Counted from the stretch's first letter, positions 1 through 8,584 are shown. The stretch is 19,408 nucleotides of DNA from Candidatus Rokuibacteriota bacterium (GCA_044866005.1 JBIOTN010000120.1:1-19408), one strand, 5' to 3'. The notes: generated from the sequence alone by a model not told the origin. Translations and numbers: made by a program.

Positions 1-559
1 GCGCGAAGAGCCGCTCGAAGCGGGCGGCGAAGCGCGCCACGACCCCCCGGTCGTCGACGAAGAGGGCGTTCTCGAAGTTCTGCGCCTCGGCGGCCTCCGT
101 CCAGTTGTAGGAGCCCGTCACCACCAGCCGGCCGTCGAAGACCGCGAACTTCTCGTGCATGATGCCGTGGCCGCGCCCCCGCAGGAGGTGGACGGGGATG
201 CCCGCGGCCGCGAGCTTCGGGATCTCCGAGCGCTTCCCCCGCGCCTGCCGCGGGTCGGCCACCACCCGGACCCCGACGCCGCGCGCCCGCGCCCGCACGA
301 GCGCCGCGGCCAGCTCCCGCGAGGTGAAGTCGAAGATGGCGAGGTCGATCGACGTCCGGGCCCGATCGATCTGACGGAGGAGGCGGGCGCGGACGCCGCC
401 GTCCGGGGAGAAGTAGGCCTCGGGCGCGGCAGGGACGGCCGGGGGGCGGAGCGGCAGGAGGGCCGCGACGACGAGCGCGAGGAGGACGGCGCGACTCGGC
501 GCCGCGCCGGGGCGCCGGGGGCGCCTCCAGGCCGAGGGGCGGGGTCCGGGGGTCGGCAT
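1..559 (-). CDS. Exported phospholipase D-family protein, single HKD motif (Nuc/PLD6-like endonuclease or phospholipase); 3' end runs off the window
   Basis: Absent from the ORF track because there is no stop in the window. Manual translation from ATG at 559: MPTPGPRPSAWRRPRRPGAAPSRAVLLALVVAALLPLRPPAVPAAPEAYFSPDGGVRARLLRQIDRARTSIDLAIFDFTSRELAAALVRARARGVGVRVVAD...GHGIMHEKFAVFDGRLVVTGSYNWTEAAEAQNFENALFVDD. It has HxKxxxxD, GSxNWT and NxEN motifs, the YFSP N-terminal motif and a basic/hydrophobic signal-like N-terminus. Confidence 0.9.
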   Translation of the reverse strand, partial: MPTPGPRPSAWRRPRRPGAAPSRAVLLALVVAALLPLRPPAVPAAPEAYFSPDGGVRARLLRQIDRARTSIDLAIFDFTSRELAAALVRARARGVGVRVVADPRQARGKRSEIPKLAAAGIPVHLLRGRGHGIMHEKFAVFDGRLVVTGSYNWTEAAEAQNFENALFVDDRGVVARFAARFERLFA

Positions 560-572
560 CCTCCCGGGCCCG

Positions 573-604
573 AGTGTATCTCCGCCGACCCACCCGTGTC
601 ACGG
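573..604 (-). promoter_or_regulatory. Candidate sigma70-type promoter for the PLD gene
   Basis: Minus strand GTGACA (602-597), 18 nt spacer, TACACT (578-573), 13 nt upstream of the ATG. The palindrome CCGTG-T-CACGG (594-604) overlaps the -35. Confidence 0.4.
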
Positions 605-685
605 CTTGGATACGGCAGAGCTCCGATCCCGGGCTCGCCGCCTGGCGCCGGGACCTGGCGATGGACGAAGGACCGGCGTGAGCTT

Positions 686-925
686 CTACCGGCACCGGGC
701 GGGAGGCGCGCCGAAGTACATCGCGCGCACCTGGCTGCGATCGAAGATGAGGGTGCGGCCGCCCAGCTCGATCGTCACGTGGTCCGGGCTCGCGCGAACC
801 CCGGTCCCCTCGATGCGCTCGCCGGTGGTGAGCTCGAGGGTGTCCGCCCACGCGGCGACGGGCGCCAGCAGGAGCAGGGCAGTGAACGCGCCAGCAGTCG
901 ACGACACGAGCGCGCGGCTTCTCAT
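686..925 (-). CDS. Small exported hypothetical protein (79 aa; start could be GTG 928 or 931)
   Basis: GGAGG Shine-Dalgarno (SD) at 939-935. Signal peptide ending AAWA|D, then a beta-rich segment DTLELTTGERIEG...VTIELGGRTLIFDRSQVRAMYFG. Confidence 0.7.
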   Translation of the reverse strand: MRSRALVSSTAGAFTALLLLAPVAAWADTLELTTGERIEGTGVRASPDHVTIELGGRTLIFDRSQVRAMYFGAPPARCR

Positions 926-951
926 CACCACTGTCCTCCGACGTCCCCCAC

Positions 952-1734
952 TCAGTGGCGGGGCAGGAGGCGGCCGAGGAGGCGGTTGGCCGCGGCCGCC
1001 AGCACGAAGATGAAGAGCAGCACCGCGTCCATCTGCGGGATGCGGAAATGGCTGTAGTGCTCGATGGCGAGGAAGCCGAGCCCGCGGTTGGCGAGCTTGA
1101 TCTCCGCCAGGATCACGCCCACGACCGCCAGGCCGAGACCGAGGCGCATGCTGATCACGACCGACCGCCTCAGGGCCGGCAGGTAGATGCGGCGGGCCAT
1201 CTGCCCGGCCGACAGGCCGAAGCTCCGGCCCACCTGGATCAGGACCGGCCGGATCTCCCGCATCCCGGCCGCGGTGTTGAGCACGACCGGGAAGAACGCG
1301 GAGAGCGCGCCGAGCGCGATCTTCGACTCGATCCCCACGCCCAGCGCCAGCATCGCCACCGGCAGGAAGACGATCTTGGGCGCGGTGGCGAGCCCCTCGA
1401 CGTACGGGGTGACCGCGTCGCCGAAGAAGCGCCGCGCGCCCATGAGGACGCCGAGCGCGAGGCCGGCGGCGAGCCCGGTGGCGAAGCCCGCGCCCACCTC
1501 CCAGGCGGTGACGCCGAGATGCCGGTACGTGTCGCCGCTGCCGAGCAGCGCGACGAACGCCACCAGGATCGTCGGGAGCGGCGGCACCACGTCCTGGTAG
1601 AGGAGGCCGGAGCGCGCCACGGCCTCCCAGACGACGAGGATCGCCGCCAGCGTGAGGCCCGTCGCGCGGGTCGACGGGGACCGGCGCGGGCCGCGCGCGG
1701 CGCTCGGCCGCCGGGTCAGCGCGGTCTCAGCCAC
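952..1734 (-). CDS. NitT/TauT-family ABC transporter permease (SsuC/TauC-like), system 3, second permease
   Basis: C-terminal part of track ORF 952..2907. Hydrophobic BPD_transp_1 pattern (APKIVFLP, FFPVVLNT, EAA-like loop LIQVGRSFGLS, RLGLGLAVVGVILAE, GLGF). Start GTG 1734 is inferred and overlaps the upstream gene. Confidence 0.9.
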   Translation of the reverse strand: MAETALTRRPSAARGPRRSPSTRATGLTLAAILVVWEAVARSGLLYQDVVPPLPTILVAFVALLGSGDTYRHLGVTAWEVGAGFATGLAAGLALGVLMGARRFFGDAVTPYVEGLATAPKIVFLPVAMLALGVGIESKIALGALSAFFPVVLNTAAGMREIRPVLIQVGRSFGLSAGQMARRIYLPALRRSVVISMRLGLGLAVVGVILAEIKLANRGLGFLAIEHYSHFRIPQMDAVLLFIFVLAAAANRLLGRLLPRH

Positions 1735-2471
1735 GACTCGACGCGCCGGAGCGCGCGGAGGAAGATCAGGCTCACCGCCACGATCAACAGGATGGCGGCG
1801 TACATGGCGGGGATCTCGTAGCGGTAGTGCATCTCCGACACCACCCGTCCCAGCCCGCCGAAGTCGATCAGGTACTCGATCCCGATGATGTTCACGAGCG
1901 CGTAGATCAGGCCGAGGCGCAGGCCGGTGAACACGGTCGGCGCGGCCGCCGGCAGGACGATGCGCAGGAGGAGCTGGCGCCGCGGGACGTGCAGGCTGCG
2001 GCCGACCAGGATCAGCACGGGCGGGACGGCCAGCAGCCCTTCGCGGGTCTTCAGCACGACCGGGATCGCCGCGGCGAGGAAGCCGACGAACACCGTCGTG
2101 ACGTAGCCGCGGCCCAGGATCACCAGGAACAGGGGATAGAGGAGGATGGTCGGCGCGGCGAAGACGGCGCCGAGCCACGGCTCGTAGGCCTCGCCCAGCG
2201 CCGGCCGCTTCCACAGGAGATAGCCGAACGGGATGCCGACGACCGCGGCCAGCAGCGTGGCCGCGAAGGCCTGGCCGAGCGTCGTGAAGAAGGGCGCCAG
2301 CACGTAGCCCTCCGCCCAGAGCCGGGCGAAGGCCGCGGGCAGCGCGGCGGGGCGCGCCACGACGAGGGCCGACACCCAGCCGACCCGGATCACCGCCTCG
2401 ACGAGCGCGGCCACCGCCGCCAGCCCGGCGAGGCCGGCCAGCGCCGTGGCCAGCGGGCGCGGCGTCGCCAC
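1716..2471 (-). CDS. NitT/TauT-family ABC transporter permease, system 3, first permease
   Basis: APTILLYPLF, VLILVGRSLH, LPAAAPTVFTGLRLG, IGIEYL, GGLG motifs; multiple transmembrane segments; GTG start. Confidence 0.92.
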   Translation of the reverse strand: MATPRPLATALAGLAGLAAVAALVEAVIRVGWVSALVVARPAALPAAFARLWAEGYVLAPFFTTLGQAFAATLLAAVVGIPFGYLLWKRPALGEAYEPWLGAVFAAPTILLYPLFLVILGRGYVTTVFVGFLAAAIPVVLKTREGLLAVPPVLILVGRSLHVPRRQLLLRIVLPAAAPTVFTGLRLGLIYALVNIIGIEYLIDFGGLGRVVSEMHYRYEIPAMYAAILLIVAVSLIFLRALRRVESWLRPR

Positions 2472-2483
2472 CGTCCGGCCCGC

Positions 2484-3458
2484 TCAGCTCCCGGGCTTGT
2501 AGACGAAGTCCAGGAGGCCCTGGGCCTGCTGCTCGGTCATCGGCTTGTCGAGCTGCTTGTACTCGAGGGCCTGCGCCAGGGTCTGCGGGAGGCCGAGCAC
2601 CCGGTCCGGCGTCATGGCCTGCCGCGGGTAGGTCTCGTAGGTCTGGCGCGCGATGTCGAGCGAGACGGCATTGAACCTGGCGAAGAAGGCGATGGCGGCG
2701 TCCGGGTTGCGGTACATCCAGTCCACCGTCTCGTGGTAGGCCTTCATGAAGCGCCGCGCCACCTCTCGCCGCTCGGTGAGGAACTTCAGGCTGGCCACGT
2801 TCACCCGGACGGTCTGGGCGGCCAGCGCCGGCACGTCGCTGCCCCGGGCGATCAGGCGGATCTTCCCGTCGCCCAGGAGGTCGAGATTGAACGGCGGGAT
2901 CGACCACCCCGCGTCGATCTGGCCCGACATGACCTGGGTGCGGGTGTCGGGCACGCCGCCGGCCGAGACGAACCGCGGCCTGACGCCGGCCGCCGCGGCG
3001 AGCGACTGGGAGACCAGGTGGGTGGAGGACCCGGGGCGCGAATAGCCCATGGTCCGGCCGTCCATGTCCTTCATGGAACGGACCGAGCTGTCGGCGCGGA
3101 CGTACCAGAACATGTCGTGGGCCCCGGTGAACTGGGCGCTGATCACGCGCACGGGGGCGCCCTTGGCGTAGGCGCCGATCACGCCGAGGATCCCGTTGGC
3201 CAGGTCGACGTCCACGCTGCCGGTGACGAGGGCCTGGAGCGTCTCGGCGCCTCCGCGCGTCCAGGTCACCTCGACCTCGAGGTTCTCCTTCCGGAAGAGG
3301 CCGGCCTCGATGCCCTGCGGCACGACCATGGTGTCCCAGAGCCCGCGCTGGCCGATCGCGGCGCGGACCCGGTCCGGCGCCTGGCCCTGGGCGGGCCCCG
3401 CCGCCGCCAGCCCCGCCAGCGCGATCAGGCAGAGCGCCCGTCTGATGGTGGATGGCAT
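2484..3458 (-). CDS. NitT/TauT (NMT1/THI5-like) ABC substrate-binding protein, system 3
   Basis: True start is ATG 3458 behind a (GAG)6 SD. Signal peptide MPSTIRRALCLIALAGLAAAGPAQG; GQRGLWDT, GGAETLQALVTGSVD, GYSRPGSSTH, SGQIDAGW motifs. Confidence 0.92.
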   Translation of the reverse strand: MPSTIRRALCLIALAGLAAAGPAQGQAPDRVRAAIGQRGLWDTMVVPQGIEAGLFRKENLEVEVTWTRGGAETLQALVTGSVDVDLANGILGVIGAYAKGAPVRVISAQFTGAHDMFWYVRADSSVRSMKDMDGRTMGYSRPGSSTHLVSQSLAAAAGVRPRFVSAGGVPDTRTQVMSGQIDAGWSIPPFNLDLLGDGKIRLIARGSDVPALAAQTVRVNVASLKFLTERREVARRFMKAYHETVDWMYRNPDAAIAFFARFNAVSLDIARQTYETYPRQAMTPDRVLGLPQTLAQALEYKQLDKPMTEQQAQGLLDFVYKPGS

Positions 3459-3459
3459 G

Positions 3460-3477
3460 CTCCTCCTCCTCCTCCTC
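3460..3477 (-). repeat. (GAG)6 trinucleotide repeat forming a multiplied Shine-Dalgarno sequence
   Basis: Plus strand (CTC)6 at 3460-3477, 1 nt from the ATG at 3458. Confidence 0.85.
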
Positions 3478-3505
3478 GCCTCGGCGCGAGAGTACGCCGG
3501 GGCCG

Positions 3506-4303
3506 CTACCGCACGGCCGCTTCGCTCTCGGACAGCCCGCGCGAGGCCTCCTCGCGCAGGTCGGTCCACAAGGCCCCCTGAAGCCGCCCGAACTCGGCGC
3601 TCGCCACGATGGCGGACGTGCGCGGCCGCGGCAGGTCGATCTCGACCAGGCGCTTGATCCGGCCGGGGCGGAAGGTCATGACGGCGACCCGGTCGGCGAG
3701 CTGCACCGCCTCGGTCAGGCTGTGGGTGATCAGGAGCGAGGTCTGGCCGAGCTCGCGGTGGATCTGGAGCACCCGGTCGCCGAGCAGGAGCCGCGTCTGC
3801 TCGTCCAGCGCGCCGAAGGGCTCGTCCAGCAAGAGGACCCGCGGGGTGAAGGCGAGCGTCCGGGCGATGGCGGTGCGCTGGCGCATCCCGCCGGAGAGCT
3901 CGGCGGGGTAGCGGCCCGCGAACGCCTCGAGCCCCACCAGGCGCAAGAGCCCGAGGGCGCGGGCCCGGCATTCCTCTCTGGCCACCCCCGCGACCTCCAG
4001 GGGAAACATCACGTTCTCGAGGGTGGTGAGCCAGGGAAACGTGGATTCTTCCTGGAACACCATCCCGACGTCGCGGCGGGGGCCGCGGACCGGCGCGCCG
4101 TCCACCCGGACCTCGCCCTCGAAGCCGTCGAGCAGGCCGCCCACGATGTTGAAGAGGGTGGACTTGCCGCAGCCCGACGGCCCGATCACCGCGAGGAGCT
4201 CGCCGGGGCGCACCTCGAGCGAGATGTCGTCCAGGGCGTGGATGGCGCCGGCGCCCTGACCGAAGCGCTTGCTCACGTGCCGGATGGACAGCGCGAGGCT
4301 CAC
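3506..4303 (-). CDS. NitT/TauT-family ABC ATP-binding protein, system 3
   Basis: Walker A GPSGCGKST, Q-loop VFQE, signature LSGGMRQR, Walker B LLLDEPFGALD, H-loop ITHS, C-terminal LPRPR. Confidence 0.96.
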   Translation of the reverse strand: MSLALSIRHVSKRFGQGAGAIHALDDISLEVRPGELLAVIGPSGCGKSTLFNIVGGLLDGFEGEVRVDGAPVRGPRRDVGMVFQEESTFPWLTTLENVMFPLEVAGVAREECRARALGLLRLVGLEAFAGRYPAELSGGMRQRTAIARTLAFTPRVLLLDEPFGALDEQTRLLLGDRVLQIHRELGQTSLLITHSLTEAVQLADRVAVMTFRPGRIKRLVEIDLPRPRTSAIVASAEFGRLQGALWTDLREEASRGLSESEAAVR

Positions 4304-4307
4304 GCCG

Positions 4308-5297
4308 TCACACCTTGAAGCTCGACCGCACCTCCTGGGGAAACAGCTCGTCGCAGTCGAGCGGCCGGTGGCAGACCCCCTGCTCGTGGGCGAAGCCCAG
4401 GAAGGCCTCGAGGGTCTTCCGGTTCGGCTCGACGCCGTAGGGCCAGAAGTCCTCGCCGAACTGGGCGCGCGCCCGCGTGGCGTGCTCGAACACCCAGGGC
4501 ACCGGGAACCGCGCCGCCGTGACGTCGAGCGCGCGCGCCACGCTCCGCCGCTTCGCCTCCTCGAAGGCCTTGAAGAGGTTCATGGCCACCCAGGGATGGC
4601 GCCGCAACACCTCCCGGCGGATCGCCACCGTGTGCATGATGGGGAAGATCCCCGTCTCCCGCCAGTACGCCTCCTCGACCGCGACGAAGTCGGGGAAGAG
4701 CCGCACCACCTCGGGATCCCCCCGGCTGAAGCTCGCCGGCGGCCGCGCCGTCATGACCGCGTCCAGGGTGCCCCCGCGCAGCATCTCGTCCAGCGTCCGG
4801 TCCGTCACGCGCGTCAGGCGCACGCCCGGCGGGAGCTTCAGCTCGACCTTCTCCTCCCGGCCCGGCTGGAGCACGCCCGCCTGGTACCAGTCGATGTCCT
4901 GGAGGCGCAGGCCGTACTGGTGGACGAGGGCGCCTCGCGCGTAGATGCCGGCGGTCTGGGCCCACTCCGGGATCCCCACCCGCCGGCCCGCCAGGTCCCG
5001 GGGCGCCCGCACGGGGCCGTCCCGCCGGACGTAGAGGGAGGAGTGGCGGTGAATGCGCGAGGGGAAGACGGGGATGGCGGTGAGCGAGTCGTCGCCCTGG
5101 GAGAGGAGCGACACGTACTTCGCCATCGACAGCTCGGACACGTCCCACTCCCGGAAGGACGTGAAGCGGTAGAAGATCTCCTCCACCGAGAGGTGCAGGT
5201 AGGTGAGGTCGATCCCGTCGGCCTCGACGGCGCCCGAGGTCAGGTCCCGGATGTGGTCGTAGTCGCTCATCGCGAGGGTGAGATGGACTTTGCGCAC
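4308..5297 (-). CDS. 4,5-dihydroxyphthalate decarboxylase-like protein (Pht5/OphC family, periplasmic-binding-protein fold, no signal peptide)
   Basis: Family-typical motifs LTLAMSDYDH, EEIFYR, DVSELSMAKY, AIPVFPSR, RVGIPEWAQTA, TGIFPIMH, DFWPYGVEPNR, HEQG. No hydrophobic leader. Confidence 0.85.
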   Translation of the reverse strand: MRKVHLTLAMSDYDHIRDLTSGAVEADGIDLTYLHLSVEEIFYRFTSFREWDVSELSMAKYVSLLSQGDDSLTAIPVFPSRIHRHSSLYVRRDGPVRAPRDLAGRRVGIPEWAQTAGIYARGALVHQYGLRLQDIDWYQAGVLQPGREEKVELKLPPGVRLTRVTDRTLDEMLRGGTLDAVMTARPPASFSRGDPEVVRLFPDFVAVEEAYWRETGIFPIMHTVAIRREVLRRHPWVAMNLFKAFEEAKRRSVARALDVTAARFPVPWVFEHATRARAQFGEDFWPYGVEPNRKTLEAFLGFAHEQGVCHRPLDCDELFPQEVRSSFKV

Positions 5298-5316
5298 GAT
5301 GGGTCCCCCGTCCCCG

Positions 5317-6273
5317 TCACCGCGGGAGGAACGTGGCGTCCAGGATCTTCTGGACGTCCACCGGCTGCTTGACGGCGCCCGTGTCCATGACTTCCTTGAG
5401 CGTGGCCTGGAGGTTCTCCGGCTTCGGGGCGCCCGTCTCGAAGGCCGTTCGCGGGAGGTCCTGGTAGGCCAGGCGCACGGCCTCGACCGGGAGCTTCAGC
5501 TCCTCGGCCCAGATGGCGATCGTCTTCTCGGGCTGGTCCCAGATGAATTTCACCGCCTTGGCCCGGGCCTTGAGGAAGTTGCGGACCATCTCCGGATCCT
5601 TCCGGATCACATCCTCCATGGCGACCACCACCGTCTGCTGGTACACCTTGATGTACCGGGTCGCGTCGAAGAGGATGCGCGCCTCCTTCTTCTGCAAGAG
5701 CTCGTACACGGCCGGGTTGATGTGCCAGCTCGCGTCCACGACCCGGTTCTTGAGGGCGGCCCAGCTGTCCCCGGGCGTGCCCACGCGGACGAGCTGGACG
5801 TCCCGGTCGAGCCCTTCGTCCTTGAGGATGGCCTGGAGGGCCACGTGGGTGACGCTCCCCGGCGTGCTGAAGCCGGCCTTCTTCCCCTTCAGGTCCTTGA
5901 TCGACTGGAGGGGGGAGTCGGCCGGGACGACCCAGACGATCCCGACCAGCGGGGCCGTCGCCCCCGAGACGATCCTGAGCGGCTCGCCCTGGGCCGCCGC
6001 GATGAGCGTGGCGGAGGCGGCGACCGTGCCCCCGATGTCCACCGACCGCGTGCTCACCGCCCGCACCACCGCCCCGCCGCCCGGGAAGTAGGACGGGTCG
6101 ATCGTCTGGCCCACCTCCTGGAAGAAGCCCATGTGCATCCCGACGAACACGGGCAGGTTGTCCAGGACCACCTTGCTCGCCATCGCGACCTTGACGGTCC
6201 GGGTCTGGGCCGTGGCGGTGGCCGGGTCGGCCGCCAGAAGGGCGACGAGAGCCACGAACAGAGATCGCTTCAT
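5317..6273 (-). CDS. NitT/TauT (NMT1/THI5-like) ABC substrate-binding protein, system 2
   Basis: Signal peptide MKRSLFVALVALLAADPATATAQ; GFFQEVG, GGGAVVRAV, DLKGKKAGFSTPGSVTH motifs; GGAGAGGAG SD upstream. Confidence 0.92.
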   Translation of the reverse strand: MKRSLFVALVALLAADPATATAQTRTVKVAMASKVVLDNLPVFVGMHMGFFQEVGQTIDPSYFPGGGAVVRAVSTRSVDIGGTVAASATLIAAAQGEPLRIVSGATAPLVGIVWVVPADSPLQSIKDLKGKKAGFSTPGSVTHVALQAILKDEGLDRDVQLVRVGTPGDSWAALKNRVVDASWHINPAVYELLQKKEARILFDATRYIKVYQQTVVVAMEDVIRKDPEMVRNFLKARAKAVKFIWDQPEKTIAIWAEELKLPVEAVRLAYQDLPRTAFETGAPKPENLQATLKEVMDTGAVKQPVDVQKILDATFLPR

Positions 6274-6292
6274 GGGATCGACTCCTCTCCGG

Positions 6293-7051
6293 TCACGCGC
6301 CGAATCCGGCCCGCACGCGGTCCTCGGCCAGCCGGACGAGGCGGTTGACCAGCGCCGCGATGACGATGACCGCCGCGACCCCGGCGTAGAGTCCGTCGGT
6401 GTCGAAGATGAAGTAGCGCCAGGACACCATGCGCCCGAGCCCGCCGGAGAAGATGAGGAACTCGACCGCGACGACCGTGATGAAGGTGTAGGTGAACCCG
6501 AGGCGAATGCCCGCGAAGATGGTGGGGGTCGCCGCGGGGAGCATGACCTTCCAGAAGAGCTGCCACGGCCCGGCGCGGAGGCTCCGGCCGGCCTTGACGT
6601 AGACGCGCTCCACGCCCACGAGGCCCGCGCTCACGTTGACCATGATCGGGATGGTGCCGGTGACGACCGCCATGCTGACGATGGCCGGGCTGCCGAGGCC
6701 GAAGAGCGTGAGGAAGACCGGGTAGAGGAGAATCGTGGGGGCGGCGAAGAACGCGAGGAGCAACGGCTCGACCGCCGCGCCGACGAGGCGGAAGCGGAAG
6801 AACAGGGTCCCCAGCCCCGTGCCGAGGAGGAGCGCGACGCCGAACGCGACCGAGACCTCCAGCGCCGTGGCCCCGAGGTGGGCCGCGAGCTCCCCATTGC
6901 GGACGTCCTCCCACGCCTTGACCGCCACGGTCGAGGGCGGGCTCAGGATCAGCCGGCTGACCAGGCCGGCGCGCACGATCGCCTCGAGCGCCAGCAGGAC
7001 GACGAGGATCACCGCGACGCGGCCGAGCCGGATGGCGAGCTTACGGCTCAT
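6293..7051 (-). CDS. NitT/TauT-family ABC permease, system 2, second permease
   Basis: APTILLYPVF, YVKAGRSLRA, LPAATPTIFAGIRLG, VAVEFL, GGLG motifs; ATG overlaps the end of the ATPase gene. Confidence 0.93.
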   Translation of the reverse strand: MSRKLAIRLGRVAVILVVLLALEAIVRAGLVSRLILSPPSTVAVKAWEDVRNGELAAHLGATALEVSVAFGVALLLGTGLGTLFFRFRLVGAAVEPLLLAFFAAPTILLYPVFLTLFGLGSPAIVSMAVVTGTIPIMVNVSAGLVGVERVYVKAGRSLRAGPWQLFWKVMLPAATPTIFAGIRLGFTYTFITVVAVEFLIFSGGLGRMVSWRYFIFDTDGLYAGVAAVIVIAALVNRLVRLAEDRVRAGFGA

Positions 7052-7844
7052 GGCGCTCGCCCAGCCCCTTCAGCGCTTCGACCTTCAGGATATCCCAGAT
7101 GCGGTGCTCGATCTCCTTGCACGCGTCGGTCGTGAGGCTCTCGATGGTCCGCGGGCGGGGGAGCGGGACGGGGATTTCTTCCCGGACCACGCTCGGCCGG
7201 GCGGAGAGGACGAGCACGCGGTCCGAGAGCTGGATGGCTTCCGCGATGGAGTGGGTGATGAAGACGATCGTCTTCCGCGTGGCCTCCCAGATCCGGAGCA
7301 GTTCCAGCCCCATGAGGAAGCGGGTCTGCTCGTCCAGCGACCCGAACGGCTCGTCCATGAGGAGGATGTCCGGGTCGAGCGCCAGGGCCCGGGCGATGGC
7401 CAGCCGCTGGTTCATGCCGCCGGACAGCTGGGCCGGGTACTTCGCCTCGAATCCCGTGAGGCCGACCAGGTGCAGCATCGCGAGCGCCTTGGCGCGCCGC
7501 ACGGCCCGCGGGACCCGGCGCAGCTCCAGCCCGAACTCCACGTTGGCGAGCGCGGTCCGCCAGGGGAAGACGGACAGGACCTGGAAGACCATCGCCGCCT
7601 TCGGATGCGGGCCCTCCACGCGCTCCCCCTCGAGCACGACGTCCCCGGTGGTCGGCTTCTCGAGCCCGCCGACGATGTCGAGCAGGGTCGTCTTGCCGCA
7701 CCCGGAGGGCCCCACGAGGCTGAGGAACTCGCCGCGCCGGACCTCGAAGTCCACCATCCGGATCGCCTCCACCGCCCCGCCCGTCGCCCCCTGCGGGTCC
7801 GGGAAGGCCTTGCCGACCTTGCGCACCTGGATCAGGACGTCCAC
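7041..7844 (-). CDS. NitT/TauT-family ABC ATP-binding protein, system 2
   Basis: GPSGCGKTT, LSGGMNQR, LLMDEPFGSLD, ITHS motifs. Start GTG 7844 is inferred; the track ORF 7041..8114 is over-extended into the permease. Confidence 0.95.
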   Translation of the reverse strand: MDVLIQVRKVGKAFPDPQGATGGAVEAIRMVDFEVRRGEFLSLVGPSGCGKTTLLDIVGGLEKPTTGDVVLEGERVEGPHPKAAMVFQVLSVFPWRTALANVEFGLELRRVPRAVRRAKALAMLHLVGLTGFEAKYPAQLSGGMNQRLAIARALALDPDILLMDEPFGSLDEQTRFLMGLELLRIWEATRKTIVFITHSIAEAIQLSDRVLVLSARPSVVREEIPVPLPRPRTIESLTTDACKEIEHRIWDILKVEALKGLGERHEP

Positions 7845-8584
7845 GCGACCCGGGAGCGGCTGAGCGACGCCTGGAGCCGCGTGAGCGCCGCGTTGACCGC
7901 CATGGTGAGGGCGAAGACGAAGAGGATCACCGCCAGCATCTTGCTGATCTGCGTGGTGTTGTAGAAGTGGATGACCAGGAAGCCGAGGCCGCGCTTGGAT
8001 TCGAAGAGCTCCGCCAGGAGCGCGCCCAGCAAGGCCAGGCCGAGCCCGAGGCGGAGCCCCGCGAAGACGGGCAGCACCATGGACGGGAAGACGATCTTCC
8101 ACGTGGTCTGCCACCGGCTCGCGCGCAGCGACCGGGCCAGCTTGAGCAGGACGCGGCTCACCTCCCGCACGCCCACCACGGTGTTGAGGATCACGGGGAA
8201 GACGCCGTGGAGCGCCGCGTTGGCGATCTTGGCCTCGAGGCCGACGCCGAAGACGGTCAGGAGGAGCGGCAGCAGGATGATCTTGGGGACCGCGTAGGCG
8301 GAGAGGATGAGCGGCTCGAAGATTTCGCCGACGAGGCGGTTGGCGCCGAGCAGGAGGCCGACGGCCAGGCCGACCGCGATCGCGATGGCAAAGCCCACGG
8401 CGGTCTCGTAGAAGGTGACGAGGAGGTGCGGATAGATCTCGCCGCTCCGCAGGAACGCGGCCGTGGTCGCGAGCACGCTGGCCGGCGAGGGGAAGAACGG
8501 AAAGGCGGCGCTGAGCCCCATGAAGCCCAGGAACACGACGCCCAGGAGCCCGGCCTGGAGCGCCCGGGTGACGCCGACGGTCAT
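7832..8584 (-). CDS. NitT/TauT-family ABC permease, system 2, first permease
   Basis: ATG 8584 with GGAGG upstream; VPKIILLP, VFPVILNT, LLKLARSLRAS, GLRLGLG, LLAELF, GLGF motifs. Confidence 0.93.
   Translation of the reverse strand: MTVGVTRALQAGLLGVVFLGFMGLSAAFPFFPSPASVLATTAAFLRSGEIYPHLLVTFYETAVGFAIAIAVGLAVGLLLGANRLVGEIFEPLILSAYAVPKIILLPLLLTVFGVGLEAKIANAALHGVFPVILNTVVGVREVSRVLLKLARSLRASRWQTTWKIVFPSMVLPVFAGLRLGLGLALLGALLAELFESKRGLGFLVIHFYNTTQISKMLAVILFVFALTMAVNAALTRLQASLSRSRVAWTS

Noticed and set aside
1..925. PLD nuclease plus small protein as a defence or toxin-immunity pair
   Set aside because: Both appear exported, are separated by a candidate promoter, and no helicase, methylase or secretion genes are seen; there is no support within the window.
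952..2907. 651-aa ORF as one large fusion protein; likewise 2484..3971, 7041..8114, 7832..8977, 9454..10959 and 18442..19407
   Set aside because: The N-terminal extensions are low-complexity off-frame readings of neighbouring genes; real proteins start at internal codons.
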